A stretch of DNA of 64,000 bases from an uncultured Ignavibacteria bacterium (GCA_964617645.1 CAZTYE010000002.1:374648-438647); one strand, 5' to 3'; counted from the stretch's first letter, positions 47,021 to 55,992 are shown. Numbers and translations: made by a program. Notes: generated from the letters alone by a model not told the origin.

Positions 47021-48691
47021 TTATACGTCGCGACGCGCGACAATCTCGGCGTCGAGAATCTCAATGGCCTGCGCCACCATCGGGTGCGCCGTTTTGTCGG
47101 CGTCGGTAAACAGAGCCGCCTTGCTGTCGGTCGCAGTCATCTGAACCTTTGGCGCCCAACCGGGATCAACAAAGAAGTGGAGTCGCAACTCGCGTCCCGC
47201 CACGTCGCGGATTACTTGCTCCAGCGTTTGTTGAATGCTGCGATCCTGGAAATAACGCACGTGAACCTCGCCCAGCCGGTCAAACGCGACGGAAAAGCGG
47301 TTGCCTTCGATGGACCGGGGCTGCGCCAATGTCAGCTTGATCTGCAGACTGCGGTGGCGAGGTTTGAGCGCCTGCAAAAATCGATCCCACAACGACGCGG
47401 CGCCTTCGTCGGAATCTGGTCCCGCCATTGTGCCGCCGTCTGCGGCGGCATTGTTCGAAGGAAGCGCTGCAACTGCGGCCGGCGCCGTAGTCGCCGGCGC
47501 TACAGGCGCCGATTTTTTTTTCGCTTCGGCCGCTTGCGCGTCGAAGGGCACCGCTGACGGTTGCGCACCGGAAAGCGTCTTCAGTATCGCTTCAACGCTG
47601 ACTGTCGCTTCCATCTGCACCAGTTTGAGCAATGTCAACTCGAGATTGATCACCGGTTCGAAACCGTCGCGGATTTTCCCCTCCAGATCGACCAGCACTT
47701 GCTGAATTCTCAGCAGATCCCCGATCTCGTAGTCGGCAGCGCGCGCTTTGTAATCGGCGGATTCTTCCGGCGTCACGCCGTAATCGGCGCCGATATCCGG
47801 CGCGGCTTTGAACACCAACAGAAACCTAACTTCTTCCTGAAATCCGCGGACAAACTCCGCCGCGCTGACTCCGGCGCGCAGGACTTCATCGACCCGCTGC
47901 AGGAGTGCGGCGGAATCCCGATCGCGAATCTTGATCAGCCAATCCCGATACTCGCTGCGCGGCAAAATTCCCAGCGCCTGCGTAATGAGCGCGAGATCGA
48001 TCTTGTCCTGTTGCCACGACGCCACCTGATCGAGAATCGACAGCGCGTCACGCAAACTGCCGTCGCCGCGTCGCGCCAATTCGGCAACGGCGTCGTCCGT
48101 AACCGTCAGATTCTCTTTTTCGGCTATCCCTTTGATCGCGCTGCGCAGTTCCGATTCCGATATCCGCCGGAAATCGTAACGTTGGCAGCGCGACAGAATC
48201 GTCTGCGGCACCTTCTGCGCCTCGGTTGTCGCAAAGACGAACACGGCGTGCGCCGGCGGTTCTTCGAGAGTCTTCAGCAGCGCGTCAAATGCCGAACCGC
48301 TCAAGCGATGCACTTCGTCGATAATGTAGACTTTGTATTTGCCGCCGACCGGTGAGTACTTGATCGCCTCGCGCAACTCGCGCACGTCATCGACCGAAGT
48401 ATGCGACGCGGCGTCGATTTCGAGAATGTCCAGCGAGCGGCCTTTGATAATGCCGAGGCACGATTCGCAGGCGTCGCACGGTTCCGCGCCTTGCGGGTTC
48501 GCGCAATTCAACCGCTTCGCCAGAATCCGCGCGACCGTCGTTTTGCCGGTCCCCCGAACGCCGCAAAACAAATAGGCCTGCGCGATGCGGTCATGTTCAA
48601 TCGCCCGCGTCAAAGTCTCGGTGATATGGCGCTGCGCCAGAACTTCCGCAAACTTTTGCGGCCGGTACTTGCGGGAAAAAACGTAATAGCT
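47021..48691 (-). CDS. dnaX: DNA polymerase III subunit gamma/tau.
   Basis: Start at MSYYVFSRKYRPQKFAEV. Walker A GVRGTGKTT, zinc module CANPQGAEPCDACESC, SRC box TILSRCQRYDF. Confidence 0.85.
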   Translation of the reverse strand, partial: SYYVFSRKYRPQKFAEVLAQRHITETLTRAIEHDRIAQAYLFCGVRGTGKTTVARILAKRLNCANPQGAEPCDACESCLGIIKGRSLDILEIDAASHTSVDDVRELREAIKYSPVGGKYKVYIIDEVHRLSGSAFDALLKTLEEPPAHAVFVFATTEAQKVPQTILSRCQRYDFRRISESELRSAIKGIAEKENLTVTDDAVAELARRGDGSLRDALSILDQVASWQQDKIDLALITQALGILPRSEYRDWLIKIRDRDSAALLQRVDEVLRAGVSAAEFVRGFQEEVRFLLVFKAAPDIGADYGVTPEESADYKARAADYEIGDLLRIQQVLVDLEGKIRDGFEPVINLELTLLKLVQMEATVSVEAILKTLSGAQPSAVPFDAQAAEAKKKSAPVAPATTAPAAVAALPSNNAAADGGTMAGPDSDEGAASLWDRFLQALKPRHRSLQIKLTLAQPRSIEGNRFSVAFDRLGEVHVRYFQDRSIQQTLEQVIRDVAGRELRLHFFVDPGWAPKVQMTATDSKAALFTDADKTAHPMVAQAIEILDAEIVARRDV

Positions 48692-48780
48692 CATGCGCTC
48701 TTTGATTGCCTCGGTGAACGGTAATCGCCGGGGAAGGAAACAGACCAGGCTTCCCCGCGGCACATGAAGACGATCACCTG

Positions 48781-48811
<31 letters not shown>

Positions 48812-48941
48812 GGCGCGTTTGCATTGCGCGGGACCTGGTCAGTTTCAGACTTCCCCGGCGCCAAGCGATAATACCGCGACGACGGCGGCGAGTCAATCGC
48901 CAAATTCCCCTTACTCCCGTATAGATGAAGATCATCTTGCG

Positions 48942-49007
48942 CACATACGGTGTAGCGGCAGGAATCACTCCGGCTCACACAGTGCGGCGGCAGGAATCAC
49001 TCCAGCA
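48942..49007. repeat. 32-bp head-to-tail tandem repeat, array 1 (2 units).
   Basis: Units cacaYagtgYRgcggcaggaatcactccRgcW directly abutting with no spacers. Confidence 0.8.
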
Positions 49008-49009
49008 CA

Positions 49010-49148
49010 CGGGACTGTTGAAAGAGTCCTATAGGCTGTCACCCTGAGCCGCTGCGCAGGCGAAGGGTCTGTTGGTATTGCTGCACAAGGCCAAGCAGAT
49101 TCTTTGCTGCGCGCAGAATGACATAAATTAGATTTTTCACCAGTCTCA
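49010..49148. repeat. ~135-bp imperfect-hairpin element, copy b.
   Basis: cgggactgttgaaagagtcctataggctgtcaccctgagccgctgcgcaggcgaagggtctgtt...agattctttgctgcgcgcagaatgacataaattagatttttcaccagtctc. About 97% identical to copy c. Confidence 0.75.
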
Positions 49149-49276
49149 CACACTGTGCAGCGGCAGGAATCACTCCGGCTCACACAGTGCAGCGGCAGGA
49201 ATCACTCCGGCTCACACAGTGCGGCGGCAGGAATCACTCCGGCTCACACAGTGCGGCGGCAGGAATCACTCCAGCA
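49149..49276. repeat. 32-bp tandem repeat, array 2 (4 units).
   Basis: cacactgtgcagcggcaggaatcactccggct repeated 4 times with point variants. Spurious ORFs 48965..49183(-) and 49234..49440(-) in the track are translations of these repeats. Confidence 0.85.
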
Positions 49277-49277
49277 C

Positions 49278-49416
49278 ACGGGACTGTTGAAAGAGTCCTA
49301 TAGGCTGTCACCCTGAGCCGCTGCGCAGGCGAAGGGTCTGTTGGTATTGCTGCACAAGGCCAAGCAGATTCTTTGCTGCGCGCAGAATGACATGAATTAG
49401 ATTTTTCAACAGTCTC
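49278..49416. repeat. ~135-bp imperfect-hairpin element, copy c.
   Basis: Near-identical to copy b. Confidence 0.75.
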
Positions 49417-49578
49417 ACACAGTGCGGCGGCAGGAACCACTCCGGCTCACACAGTGCAGCGGCAGGAACCACTCCGGCTCACACTGTGCGGCGGCAGGAA
49501 TCACTCCGGCTCACACAGTGTAGCGGCAGGAATCACTCCGGCTCACACAGTGCGGCGGCAGGAATCCCTTCCTGCCGC
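49416..49578. repeat. 32-bp tandem repeat, array 3 (about 5 units, last unit degenerates into a perfect 10-bp-stem hairpin).
   Basis: Units with aacc/aatc variants. Terminal gcggcaggaatcccttcctgccgc forms gcggcaggaa/ttcctgccgc. Confidence 0.85.
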
Positions 49579-49747
49579 GTTTCGGGCAGTCAGGAAAAGA
49601 TATCTAACCGCGCAGCATTGAACCGTCCAAAGCATTTCCATTGTTCTACTTTCGGCGAGCGAGTTAGTCCTTGATTTCCCTCGCTCCCCTTGATAATTTC
49701 TTCACTAACTTTCGCTCGGGGCGGCGAATGCACTTAAGGAGTCGAAG

Positions 49748-51265
49748 ATGTCTTCTGAACAACGTCGCTTGCCGAAATTGACATACAACTGGATCAGCGC
49801 GCTCGGCGCCTTCATCGCCGTCGCAATGGCGCTGGTGCTGGTCGTGATGTTGATCATCAATTTCACCCTCGAACAGACCGGCGCCTATTTCGGCATCTTC
49901 CTCTATATGGTGCTCCCGGCCATTCTGATTTTCGGCCTGCTTCTGATCCCGGTTGGCATGCTCCGCACCTGGCGGCGCTGGAAAAAGGGCGACAAAGTCG
50001 AAATCCCGACTTGGCCGCTGATCGACCTCAATCGCCGCGGTCATCGCAATGCGACCATTGTCTTCATCGCCGGCACCGTGCTCTTCTTGGTGATTACGGC
50101 GGTCGGCAGCTATGAGGCCTACCACTATTCCGAGTCAGTAGAATTCTGCGGCACGACTTGTCACACCGTAATGGAGCCGCAACATACCGCCTATCAGGGT
50201 TCGCCGCACGCGCGCGTCGCCTGTGTCGAGTGCCATGTCGGCACCGGCGCCGGCTGGTACGCCAAATCCAAGCTTTCCGGCGCCTATCAGGTCTACGCGA
50301 CCATCGCCAATGTCTACCCGCGTCCGATCCCGACTCCGATTCGCGATCTGCGTCCGGCGCGGGAAACCTGCGAAGAATGCCACTGGCCGCAGAAAACCTA
50401 CGGCATCGCGCTGCGCAGCTTCACCCATTATCAGTACGATGACGCCAACTCCAAGTGGACTACCGATATGCGAATCATCACCGATACCGGCGAACCGCAT
50501 GAAGGCCAGAAGGCCGGCATTCATTGGCATATCAATCCCGATGTCACGGTCGAGTACATCGCCCGCGACCGGCAGCGCCAGGACATCCCCTGGGTGCGGG
50601 TCACCGAAAAGTCCTCGGGCAAAGTTACCATCTACGAAGACGAATCCAACCCGCTCGATAAATCAGCTCTCGACACACTCGAGGTTCGCGTGATGGACTG
50701 CATCGATTGTCACAACCGCCCGAGCCACGTCTACCGGCCGCCGGATTACGCCGTCGACCGTGCGATTCAATCCGGATTCATCGATCGGTCACTGCCCGGC
50801 TTCAAAGCCGTCGCCGTCGAAGCGATGGCCGGCGAATACGAAACCAAAGATCAGGCGCTCTCGGCGATTTCGACGCGGATCAACGATCACTATCAGGCGG
50901 CCGGTTTGCTCGGCGACCCGGCCAAGCGCCAAGCGGTGCAGTCTTCAATCGCCGGCGTACAGGCGGCCTTCCGGCAGAACATCTTTCCGGAAATGAAAGG
51001 GATGTGGAAACACTACCCGAACAACATCGGCCACTTCTCCGACAAAGGCTGTATGCGCTGTCACATGGGCACGCACAAAAGCGCGGCCGGCGCGGTGATC
51101 ACTCACGATTGCAACGCCTGTCACACGATCCTGGCGCAAGGCCCCGAGGGCGCGATTGTCCGCGATTCGACCGGACAAGGCCTCGAGTTCAGGCATCCGG
51201 TCGACATCGACGAAGCCTGGCGCGAAACCGGCTGCTTCGACTGCCACACTGGCGTGCAACCGTAA
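49748..51265 (+). CDS. Inner-membrane multiheme c-type cytochrome, ImcH-like / NapC-NirT superfamily (7 heme-binding motifs).
   Basis: 505 aa. Two N-terminal TM helices. Six CxxCH (CVECH, CEECH, CIDCH, CMRCH, CNACH, CFDCH) plus one CX3CH (CGTTCH). Confidence 0.65.
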   Translation: MSSEQRRLPKLTYNWISALGAFIAVAMALVLVVMLIINFTLEQTGAYFGIFLYMVLPAILIFGLLLIPVGMLRTWRRWKKGDKVEIPTWPLIDLNRRGHRNATIVFIAGTVLFLVITAVGSYEAYHYSESVEFCGTTCHTVMEPQHTAYQGSPHARVACVECHVGTGAGWYAKSKLSGAYQVYATIANVYPRPIPTPIRDLRPARETCEECHWPQKTYGIALRSFTHYQYDDANSKWTTDMRIITDTGEPHEGQKAGIHWHINPDVTVEYIARDRQRQDIPWVRVTEKSSGKVTIYEDESNPLDKSALDTLEVRVMDCIDCHNRPSHVYRPPDYAVDRAIQSGFIDRSLPGFKAVAVEAMAGEYETKDQALSAISTRINDHYQAAGLLGDPAKRQAVQSSIAGVQAAFRQNIFPEMKGMWKHYPNNIGHFSDKGCMRCHMGTHKSAAGAVITHDCNACHTILAQGPEGAIVRDSTGQGLEFRHPVDIDEAWRETGCFDCHTGVQP

Positions 51266-51450
51266 ACGAGCGCTAGCACACCAGGATCTGCCGGACTCAC
51301 CGGTCGGGAATCTGGACTGACGCCCGCCTGTCAAGTCTGAAGTTGTCCCGGGTTTCGGCTCATACCCCCAATTCCGATCAGATTACGCTGAATAATCCAT
51401 TTTGAGGTGTATTCTTGTCCCCAAAATCTCCCCAACCGATCCCTAAAGTT

Positions 51451-51466
51451 TGTGATGTTTTTCACG
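51451..51466 (+). promoter_or_regulatory. CRP/FNR-family site, distal.
   Basis: tgtgatgtttttcacg = TGTGA-N6-TCACg (9/10 to CRP consensus TGTGA-N6-TCACA). Confidence 0.4.
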
Positions 51467-51568
51467 ATACTATTCAACAAGATGCGAATACATGACAATT
51501 TCATGACAGTTTTTGTTGACCGAGTGTCTGAAACACAATAGTATGCGCACGATATCATGGAGGACTTT

Positions 51569-51584
51569 TGTGACAGTTTTCACA
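51569..51584 (+). promoter_or_regulatory. CRP/FNR-family site, proximal (perfect consensus).
   Basis: tgtgacagttttcaca = TGTGA-N6-TCACA, about 60-75 nt upstream of the decaheme start codon. Consistent with a class-II activator position. Confidence 0.45.
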
Positions 51585-51645
51585 AACACGCTGGCGGCTG
51601 TCACAGATGACAAAGATGGACTTCATACTCTTTCACGGGGTTAGT

Positions 51646-52599
51646 ATGCATAGACACCTAACGAAACCAACCCCGCTAATTCTGTGCATCACCACGACAT
51701 TGCTGATCGCTTTTATCGCCCTTGCCGGCCCCCCATTGTGGGCCGAAAACGGCGAAAGCGACGCGCAGTGTCTCGAGTGCCATCAGGATATGGCGGACAA
51801 TCTGGTTGACGGCAAACACGCACTGACCAAACCCAAAGGCGGCGAACGAATCGCGGTGACCTGCATCGGCTGTCACGGCGACTGGGAGAAGCACATGGAC
51901 GACCCGGAAGCCCACAAGCCGATCGTGCCGTCCAAGCTGCCGATCATTAGGCAAGCCGATGCCTGTGCTTCGTGCCATCAGAACGAGCATCAAATGACGA
52001 TGATCACGACTGATCCGCACAGTCGCAGCGGCCTGCCCTGCTCAAGTTGCCATAAGATTCACGACAACGTCAATGCCGCATCGCTGATCGATGCCGAAGG
52101 CAACTTCTGCCTGACCTGCCACCAAACGGTCGGCGCGCAGTTTGCGTCCCGTTCGGCGCATCCGCTGCACGAGGGTAACGTGCAATGCAACGATTGCCAC
52201 CCGATGAACGACCGCAAGGATCACCAACTCGCGCTCGGATTCGACTGGACCTGTCAGACCTGTCACGCCGAAGTCGCCGGGCCGTTCGTTTACGAACACC
52301 CGGTCAGTTACAATCATCTCGTGCAGGGTGGCGGTTGTGTCGAGTGCCACAGTCCGCACGGATCGCCGAATGAACGGCTGCTGAATCAGCCGGGCAACGG
52401 CGTCTGCTTGCAGTGCCATGGCGTTCCGCCGGGGCATCGCACCGCCCATTCCGGCATGGCGGTCAAAGTCGACTGCGTCAATTGTCATACCGACATCCAC
52501 GGTTCAAATGACAATCGCCTCTTCCTTGACCCGATGCTGACGACCACCTTCTACGCCAACTGTTATGCCTCGGGCTGCCACGACAATTTGAAGAAATGA
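51646..52599 (+). CDS. Periplasmic decaheme c-type cytochrome (MtrA/DmsE-like).
   Basis: Signal peptide from MHRHLTKPTPLILCITTTLLIAFIALAGPPLWA. Ten CxxCH motifs (CLECH, CIGCH, CASCH, CSSCH, CLTCH, CNDCH, CQTCH, CVECH, CLQCH, CVNCH) plus a C-terminal CX4CH. About 320 aa like MtrA. Confidence 0.7.
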   Translation: MHRHLTKPTPLILCITTTLLIAFIALAGPPLWAENGESDAQCLECHQDMADNLVDGKHALTKPKGGERIAVTCIGCHGDWEKHMDDPEAHKPIVPSKLPIIRQADACASCHQNEHQMTMITTDPHSRSGLPCSSCHKIHDNVNAASLIDAEGNFCLTCHQTVGAQFASRSAHPLHEGNVQCNDCHPMNDRKDHQLALGFDWTCQTCHAEVAGPFVYEHPVSYNHLVQGGGCVECHSPHGSPNERLLNQPGNGVCLQCHGVPPGHRTAHSGMAVKVDCVNCHTDIHGSNDNRLFLDPMLTTTFYANCYASGCHDNLKK

Positions 52600-52610
52600 G
52601 GAGAACGATC

Positions 52611-54167
52611 ATGAAGACGCTTAAGCTATTCAGTATCGCGGCGATGATCCTTCTTCTCGGCGTATCCACTTCATTCGGAGCCGGCGGATCCGGCGAGGTC
52701 AAGATCGGATACGTCTATCTCGACGAAGAAGGCAACCAGTCGTCGTACCATCCGACATTCAACCTCTACGAAGGCCCGACCTTCTCGCTGGAAGGATTCC
52801 GCTATCGTTTCGATAACGGTCTCTTGCTGCGCGCCAATCTCGAGAATGTGATCATGAACAATCGCAACTTGAGCGCGTCGCTGTCCAAGCCGGGTCTTTT
52901 CGATCTGCGCGTTGGGCATGACCAGTTCCGCCGCATCTACAGTTTCGATGAGTCCGCCTACACGCGCCGTCACACCGAGCGCGCCTCGCTATCGGTGTAC
53001 GTGCTGCCGCAAATAGAAGTGTTCGGTGGCCTGTTGATGCAGGAACGCACCGGCAAGTCGGAGGATCTTTTCGACCCCAAACCGGTGGCGCGCACCGTCG
53101 AAGTCGACTACCAGCGCATGTTCTTCAATGCCGGTTTGCATGTCTTCCACCACGGCTCGACGATCACCGGCGAGTATCGCGGCGATCAGTTTACCGACAA
53201 CCGCTCCAGCGCTCGCGATCAAATGCGCAGCGAATTCCGTCTCGCCGGTCTGATTTCGATCCCGCGGTATAGCTGGATCAAAGCCGTCGGCGGCTTCCGT
53301 CATTACGAGACGAAATTCGACGAGAGCGACTTCGGCATCTCCAACAACCGCGGCTACGGCGGCGGTCTGGTGCTGCTGCCGCAGAATGTCTCGGTCAAGT
53401 ACGTCGGCGTGCTCGACCGCACCTCGTCCGATTCCGATTTCGTCGCCACTGATAACATGACGCATTCGGGTTATGTGTCCTGGGAAAAGCCGCAGAAATT
53501 CGGCTTCACCGCCGGATATCAATTCGATGTCAACGACGATTACGAAGACGAAGTTCGCGCTAACTCCAGCTACTTCAGCTTCTGGTCAAAACCGGCCAAG
53601 GGCTTCGAGTGGCGCGGCGAGTACGGCATGCGCAAGGAGGAAATCGAGGACGGCGTCCGCCTGACCGGCGACGAGGAATACAACCGTCATCGCACCAGCG
53701 CCAAGTATCGCCACGAAAAGTACGGTTCGATCGGCGTCAAGTGGGACAGCCGCGAGCGCGACAACGACCAGCTCGGCTCGTCGCTCGATATGAACCGTTT
53801 CGGCATCGACGGCGTGCTCTTGGTCGAGAAATACGGCCATATCAATGCCGGGTATGTTTACGGCAAAGGCGAATACGAAAACCGCGAGGCGATGTTCGAG
53901 TTCACCGATCATCTCGTCTTCGGCGATGTGACGACCAAGGAATACAAGGGCGTCACGCTCGGCGGCGGCGCTTTGTACTACCGCAGCAGGCGCGATCTCG
54001 ATGTCGAACACTTCAACGTGCGCTTGACCGGCGCGCTTCGCTTCTATCAGGACTATCGTCTCGAGGTCGAATACAACGCTTACAATTTCGATGACTTGCT
54101 GGTGCTGGATGAGTACTACACCGGCAATGTGGTTCAGATAAGTTTGATCAGAGGATTATCGTTCTAA
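52611..54167 (+). CDS. Outer-membrane beta-barrel porin (MtrB/PioB-like partner of the decaheme cytochrome).
   Basis: Signal peptide MKTLKLFSIAAMILLLGVSTSFGA. Alternating-hydrophobicity strands throughout. C-terminal ...VQISLIRGLSF with terminal Phe. Start overlaps the upstream stop. Confidence 0.6.
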   Translation: MKTLKLFSIAAMILLLGVSTSFGAGGSGEVKIGYVYLDEEGNQSSYHPTFNLYEGPTFSLEGFRYRFDNGLLLRANLENVIMNNRNLSASLSKPGLFDLRVGHDQFRRIYSFDESAYTRRHTERASLSVYVLPQIEVFGGLLMQERTGKSEDLFDPKPVARTVEVDYQRMFFNAGLHVFHHGSTITGEYRGDQFTDNRSSARDQMRSEFRLAGLISIPRYSWIKAVGGFRHYETKFDESDFGISNNRGYGGGLVLLPQNVSVKYVGVLDRTSSDSDFVATDNMTHSGYVSWEKPQKFGFTAGYQFDVNDDYEDEVRANSSYFSFWSKPAKGFEWRGEYGMRKEEIEDGVRLTGDEEYNRHRTSAKYRHEKYGSIGVKWDSRERDNDQLGSSLDMNRFGIDGVLLVEKYGHINAGYVYGKGEYENREAMFEFTDHLVFGDVTTKEYKGVTLGGGALYYRSRRDLDVEHFNVRLTGALRFYQDYRLEVEYNAYNFDDLLVLDEYYTGNVVQISLIRGLSF

Positions 54168-54179
54168 GAGGAGGTTAGT

Positions 54180-55265
54180 ATGAAAGTCCTTAACGCACTA
54201 TTAATCGTCATGTTGGTGGCCGGAATGGCGCTGCTCTCAGGATGCGAGCGCAAGATCGTCAATGAAGTCGCCAACAACGACCAGTCGCTGCTCGGTTGCT
54301 TCGGCTGCCACGGCGAAACCAGTTTCGACGGCGCTCTGCAGCAGGCGCGCGGCGAATGGGAAAACTCGTTCCATGCTTCGGGCATCAGTATCGACTACAC
54401 GAACCGCCCCGGTTCGGACTGTCAGCAATGCCACAACCATCAGGGCTTCCTCGATTGGCTGGCGACCGGCGAAGAAGACTCACTGGCGCTTGGCACGGTC
54501 AGCGCGATCCACTGCTTCACCTGCCACGCTCCGCATGAACGCGGCGATCTGACGCTGCGCGTAACTGAGCCGTACACGCTGAAGAATGGCGTCGTCTTCG
54601 ATCATGGCGCCGCCAATCTCTGCGTACAGTGTCACCATTCACGCACGAGCATCGCGACTGATATCGCCGGCGGCGACACGTTGCGCTTCATTCCGAGTTC
54701 AAGAATGGGCCCGCATCATGGACCGCAAGGCGACAATCTGCAGGGTACGCACGCCTTCCAATTCGGCGCTACGCCGTATGCAAGCTCGACCCACGCGACC
54801 GTCGTTCGTGACGGCTGTATCGGCTGCCACATGGGTAATCCAACTCAGCATGACGGTTACCAGATCGGTGGCCACAGTTTCAATATGCAATTCGAATCCC
54901 ATGACGGAACGACCTATACTCTCGTCGGCGTCTGTCAGTCCTGCCATGCCGGCTACGCCGGTAAGAGCACATTTGATGATGCGACCGTGTTCAATAAGGA
55001 CGTTGATGGCGACGGCGTAGTCGAAGGTATCCAGACCGAATTCGACGGTCTTCACGACTCGCTCGGCGTTTTGTTAGCCAAAGTGATCAACCCGGCGACC
55101 GGATTGTTCCGCACGAATGTGAAAGTCACTCGCGGACAGCAAGGCGCGGCGTACAACTGGAAGATCTACGACGAAGATCGCTCGCGCGGCATGCACAATC
55201 CGAAGTACTTTGAAGCAATGCTCAAGGCCTCGATTGCGCACATGGTTGCCAATCCGATTCCGTAG
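54180..55265 (+). CDS. Outer-membrane lipoprotein hexaheme c-type cytochrome.
   Basis: Lipobox LLSGCE. Six CxxCH (CFGCH, CQQCH, CFTCH, CVQCH, CIGCH, CQSCH). Confidence 0.65.
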   Translation: MKVLNALLIVMLVAGMALLSGCERKIVNEVANNDQSLLGCFGCHGETSFDGALQQARGEWENSFHASGISIDYTNRPGSDCQQCHNHQGFLDWLATGEEDSLALGTVSAIHCFTCHAPHERGDLTLRVTEPYTLKNGVVFDHGAANLCVQCHHSRTSIATDIAGGDTLRFIPSSRMGPHHGPQGDNLQGTHAFQFGATPYASSTHATVVRDGCIGCHMGNPTQHDGYQIGGHSFNMQFESHDGTTYTLVGVCQSCHAGYAGKSTFDDATVFNKDVDGDGVVEGIQTEFDGLHDSLGVLLAKVINPATGLFRTNVKVTRGQQGAAYNWKIYDEDRSRGMHNPKYFEAMLKASIAHMVANPIP

Positions 55266-55330
55266 ATTCGTCCCTCCCGGCGACGTAGCTTTCAGGTTGC
55301 GGCCGCCTTTTGTTAGAGCGTTTCAAGACA

Positions 55331-55367
55331 ACCCTTCGGGTCGCCCGACCCGAAGGGTTTTTGTTTG
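55331..55367 (+). terminator. Rho-independent terminator of the cytochrome operon.
   Basis: acccttcgggtcgcccgacccgaagggtttttgttt: 11-bp GC-rich stem plus T-tract, 66 nt after the stop at 55265. Confidence 0.7.
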
Positions 55368-55518
55368 CCCTACACTCGATCGGAACGGCGCGGCGCCCAA
55401 ATGATGGCTCCGGCAATTGCTGGAGTGCCACATCGGAAGGGACGCTTGAAAAAGTCAGTGAATCACTCAATGTGAGGCGGCAAGAGTCCTTTCCTGCCGC
55501 AACTGAAGCGGTCAGTCA

Positions 55519-55643
55519 AGTCAAGTAGGTCAGGAGCTCTGCGCTCCTGACATCACGCCGCAGGCGTGATAATCGTGGGCGCGAATTCACACCGTCCCCC
55601 GCTTTCGAGGCCGAAGGCCGCGCAATGCGCCAACGTCGCATTC
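55519..55643. repeat. ~125-bp direct repeat, copy 1 (copy 2 at 55786..55910, about 85% identical).
   Basis: agtcaagtaggtcaggagcYctgcgctcctgacatcacgccgcaggcgtgaYaatcgtgggcRcgaatt... Contains hairpins gtcaggagc/gctcctgac and tcacgcc/ggcgtga. Confidence 0.7.
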
Positions 55644-55785
55644 CCACTATTTCTGTTGCGCAGAGTCTTCCGAGTACCGCGTGCGGGACGAGGGCGACTC
55701 GGCGCCCTCACTCCCACCACTCTGGTGGGGCACCAAAAGGTCTCGACGACCCCCGATTCCGTCATTCCGGCGAAAGCCGGAATCC

Positions 55786-55910
55786 AGTCAAGTAGGTCAG
55801 GAGCCCTGCGCTCCTGACATCACGCCGCAGGCGTGACAATCGTGGGCACGAATTTACATCGTCCCGCGCTCCAGCGGCCGAATGCCGCGCAATGCGCCAT
55901 CGGCGCATTC
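55786..55910. repeat. ~125-bp direct repeat, copy 2.
   Basis: See copy 1. Confidence 0.7.
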
Positions 55911-55931
55911 TTCGGCGGCGCAGCCGCTTCA

Positions 55932-55992
55932 ATTCCCCTCTTGAGAGGGGTGCTGTCCCGCACCATCGGTGCGGGATGGCGGGGTGTGTCAC
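55932..55992. repeat. Palindrome-rich ~60-bp element, second copy of 12795..12854.
   Basis: attcccctcttgagaggggtgctgtcccgcaccatcggtgcgggatggcggggtgtgtcactc. Confidence 0.7.

Noticed and set aside
48965-49440. Track ORFs 48965..49183(-) and 49234..49440(-) (72 and 68 aa, near-identical proteins).
   Set aside because: They are translations of the repeated hairpin element plus tandem repeats (hence identical sequences). They have no start context and lie entirely inside the repeat island.
48942-49578. CRISPR array suspected from regularly repeated ~32-bp units.
   Set aside because: Units are directly abutting (period = unit length = 32) with no unique spacers. The arrays are interleaved with a repeated 135-bp element rather than spacers. 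No cas genes are in the window. This is a minisatellite-type tandem repeat.
49580-49747. FNR-type site (TTGAT-N4-ATCAA) upstream of the ImcH-like gene.
   Set aside because: Only direct repeats of ccttgat are present (ccttgatttccc / ccttgataattt), with no inverted half-site. Not a convincing FNR box.
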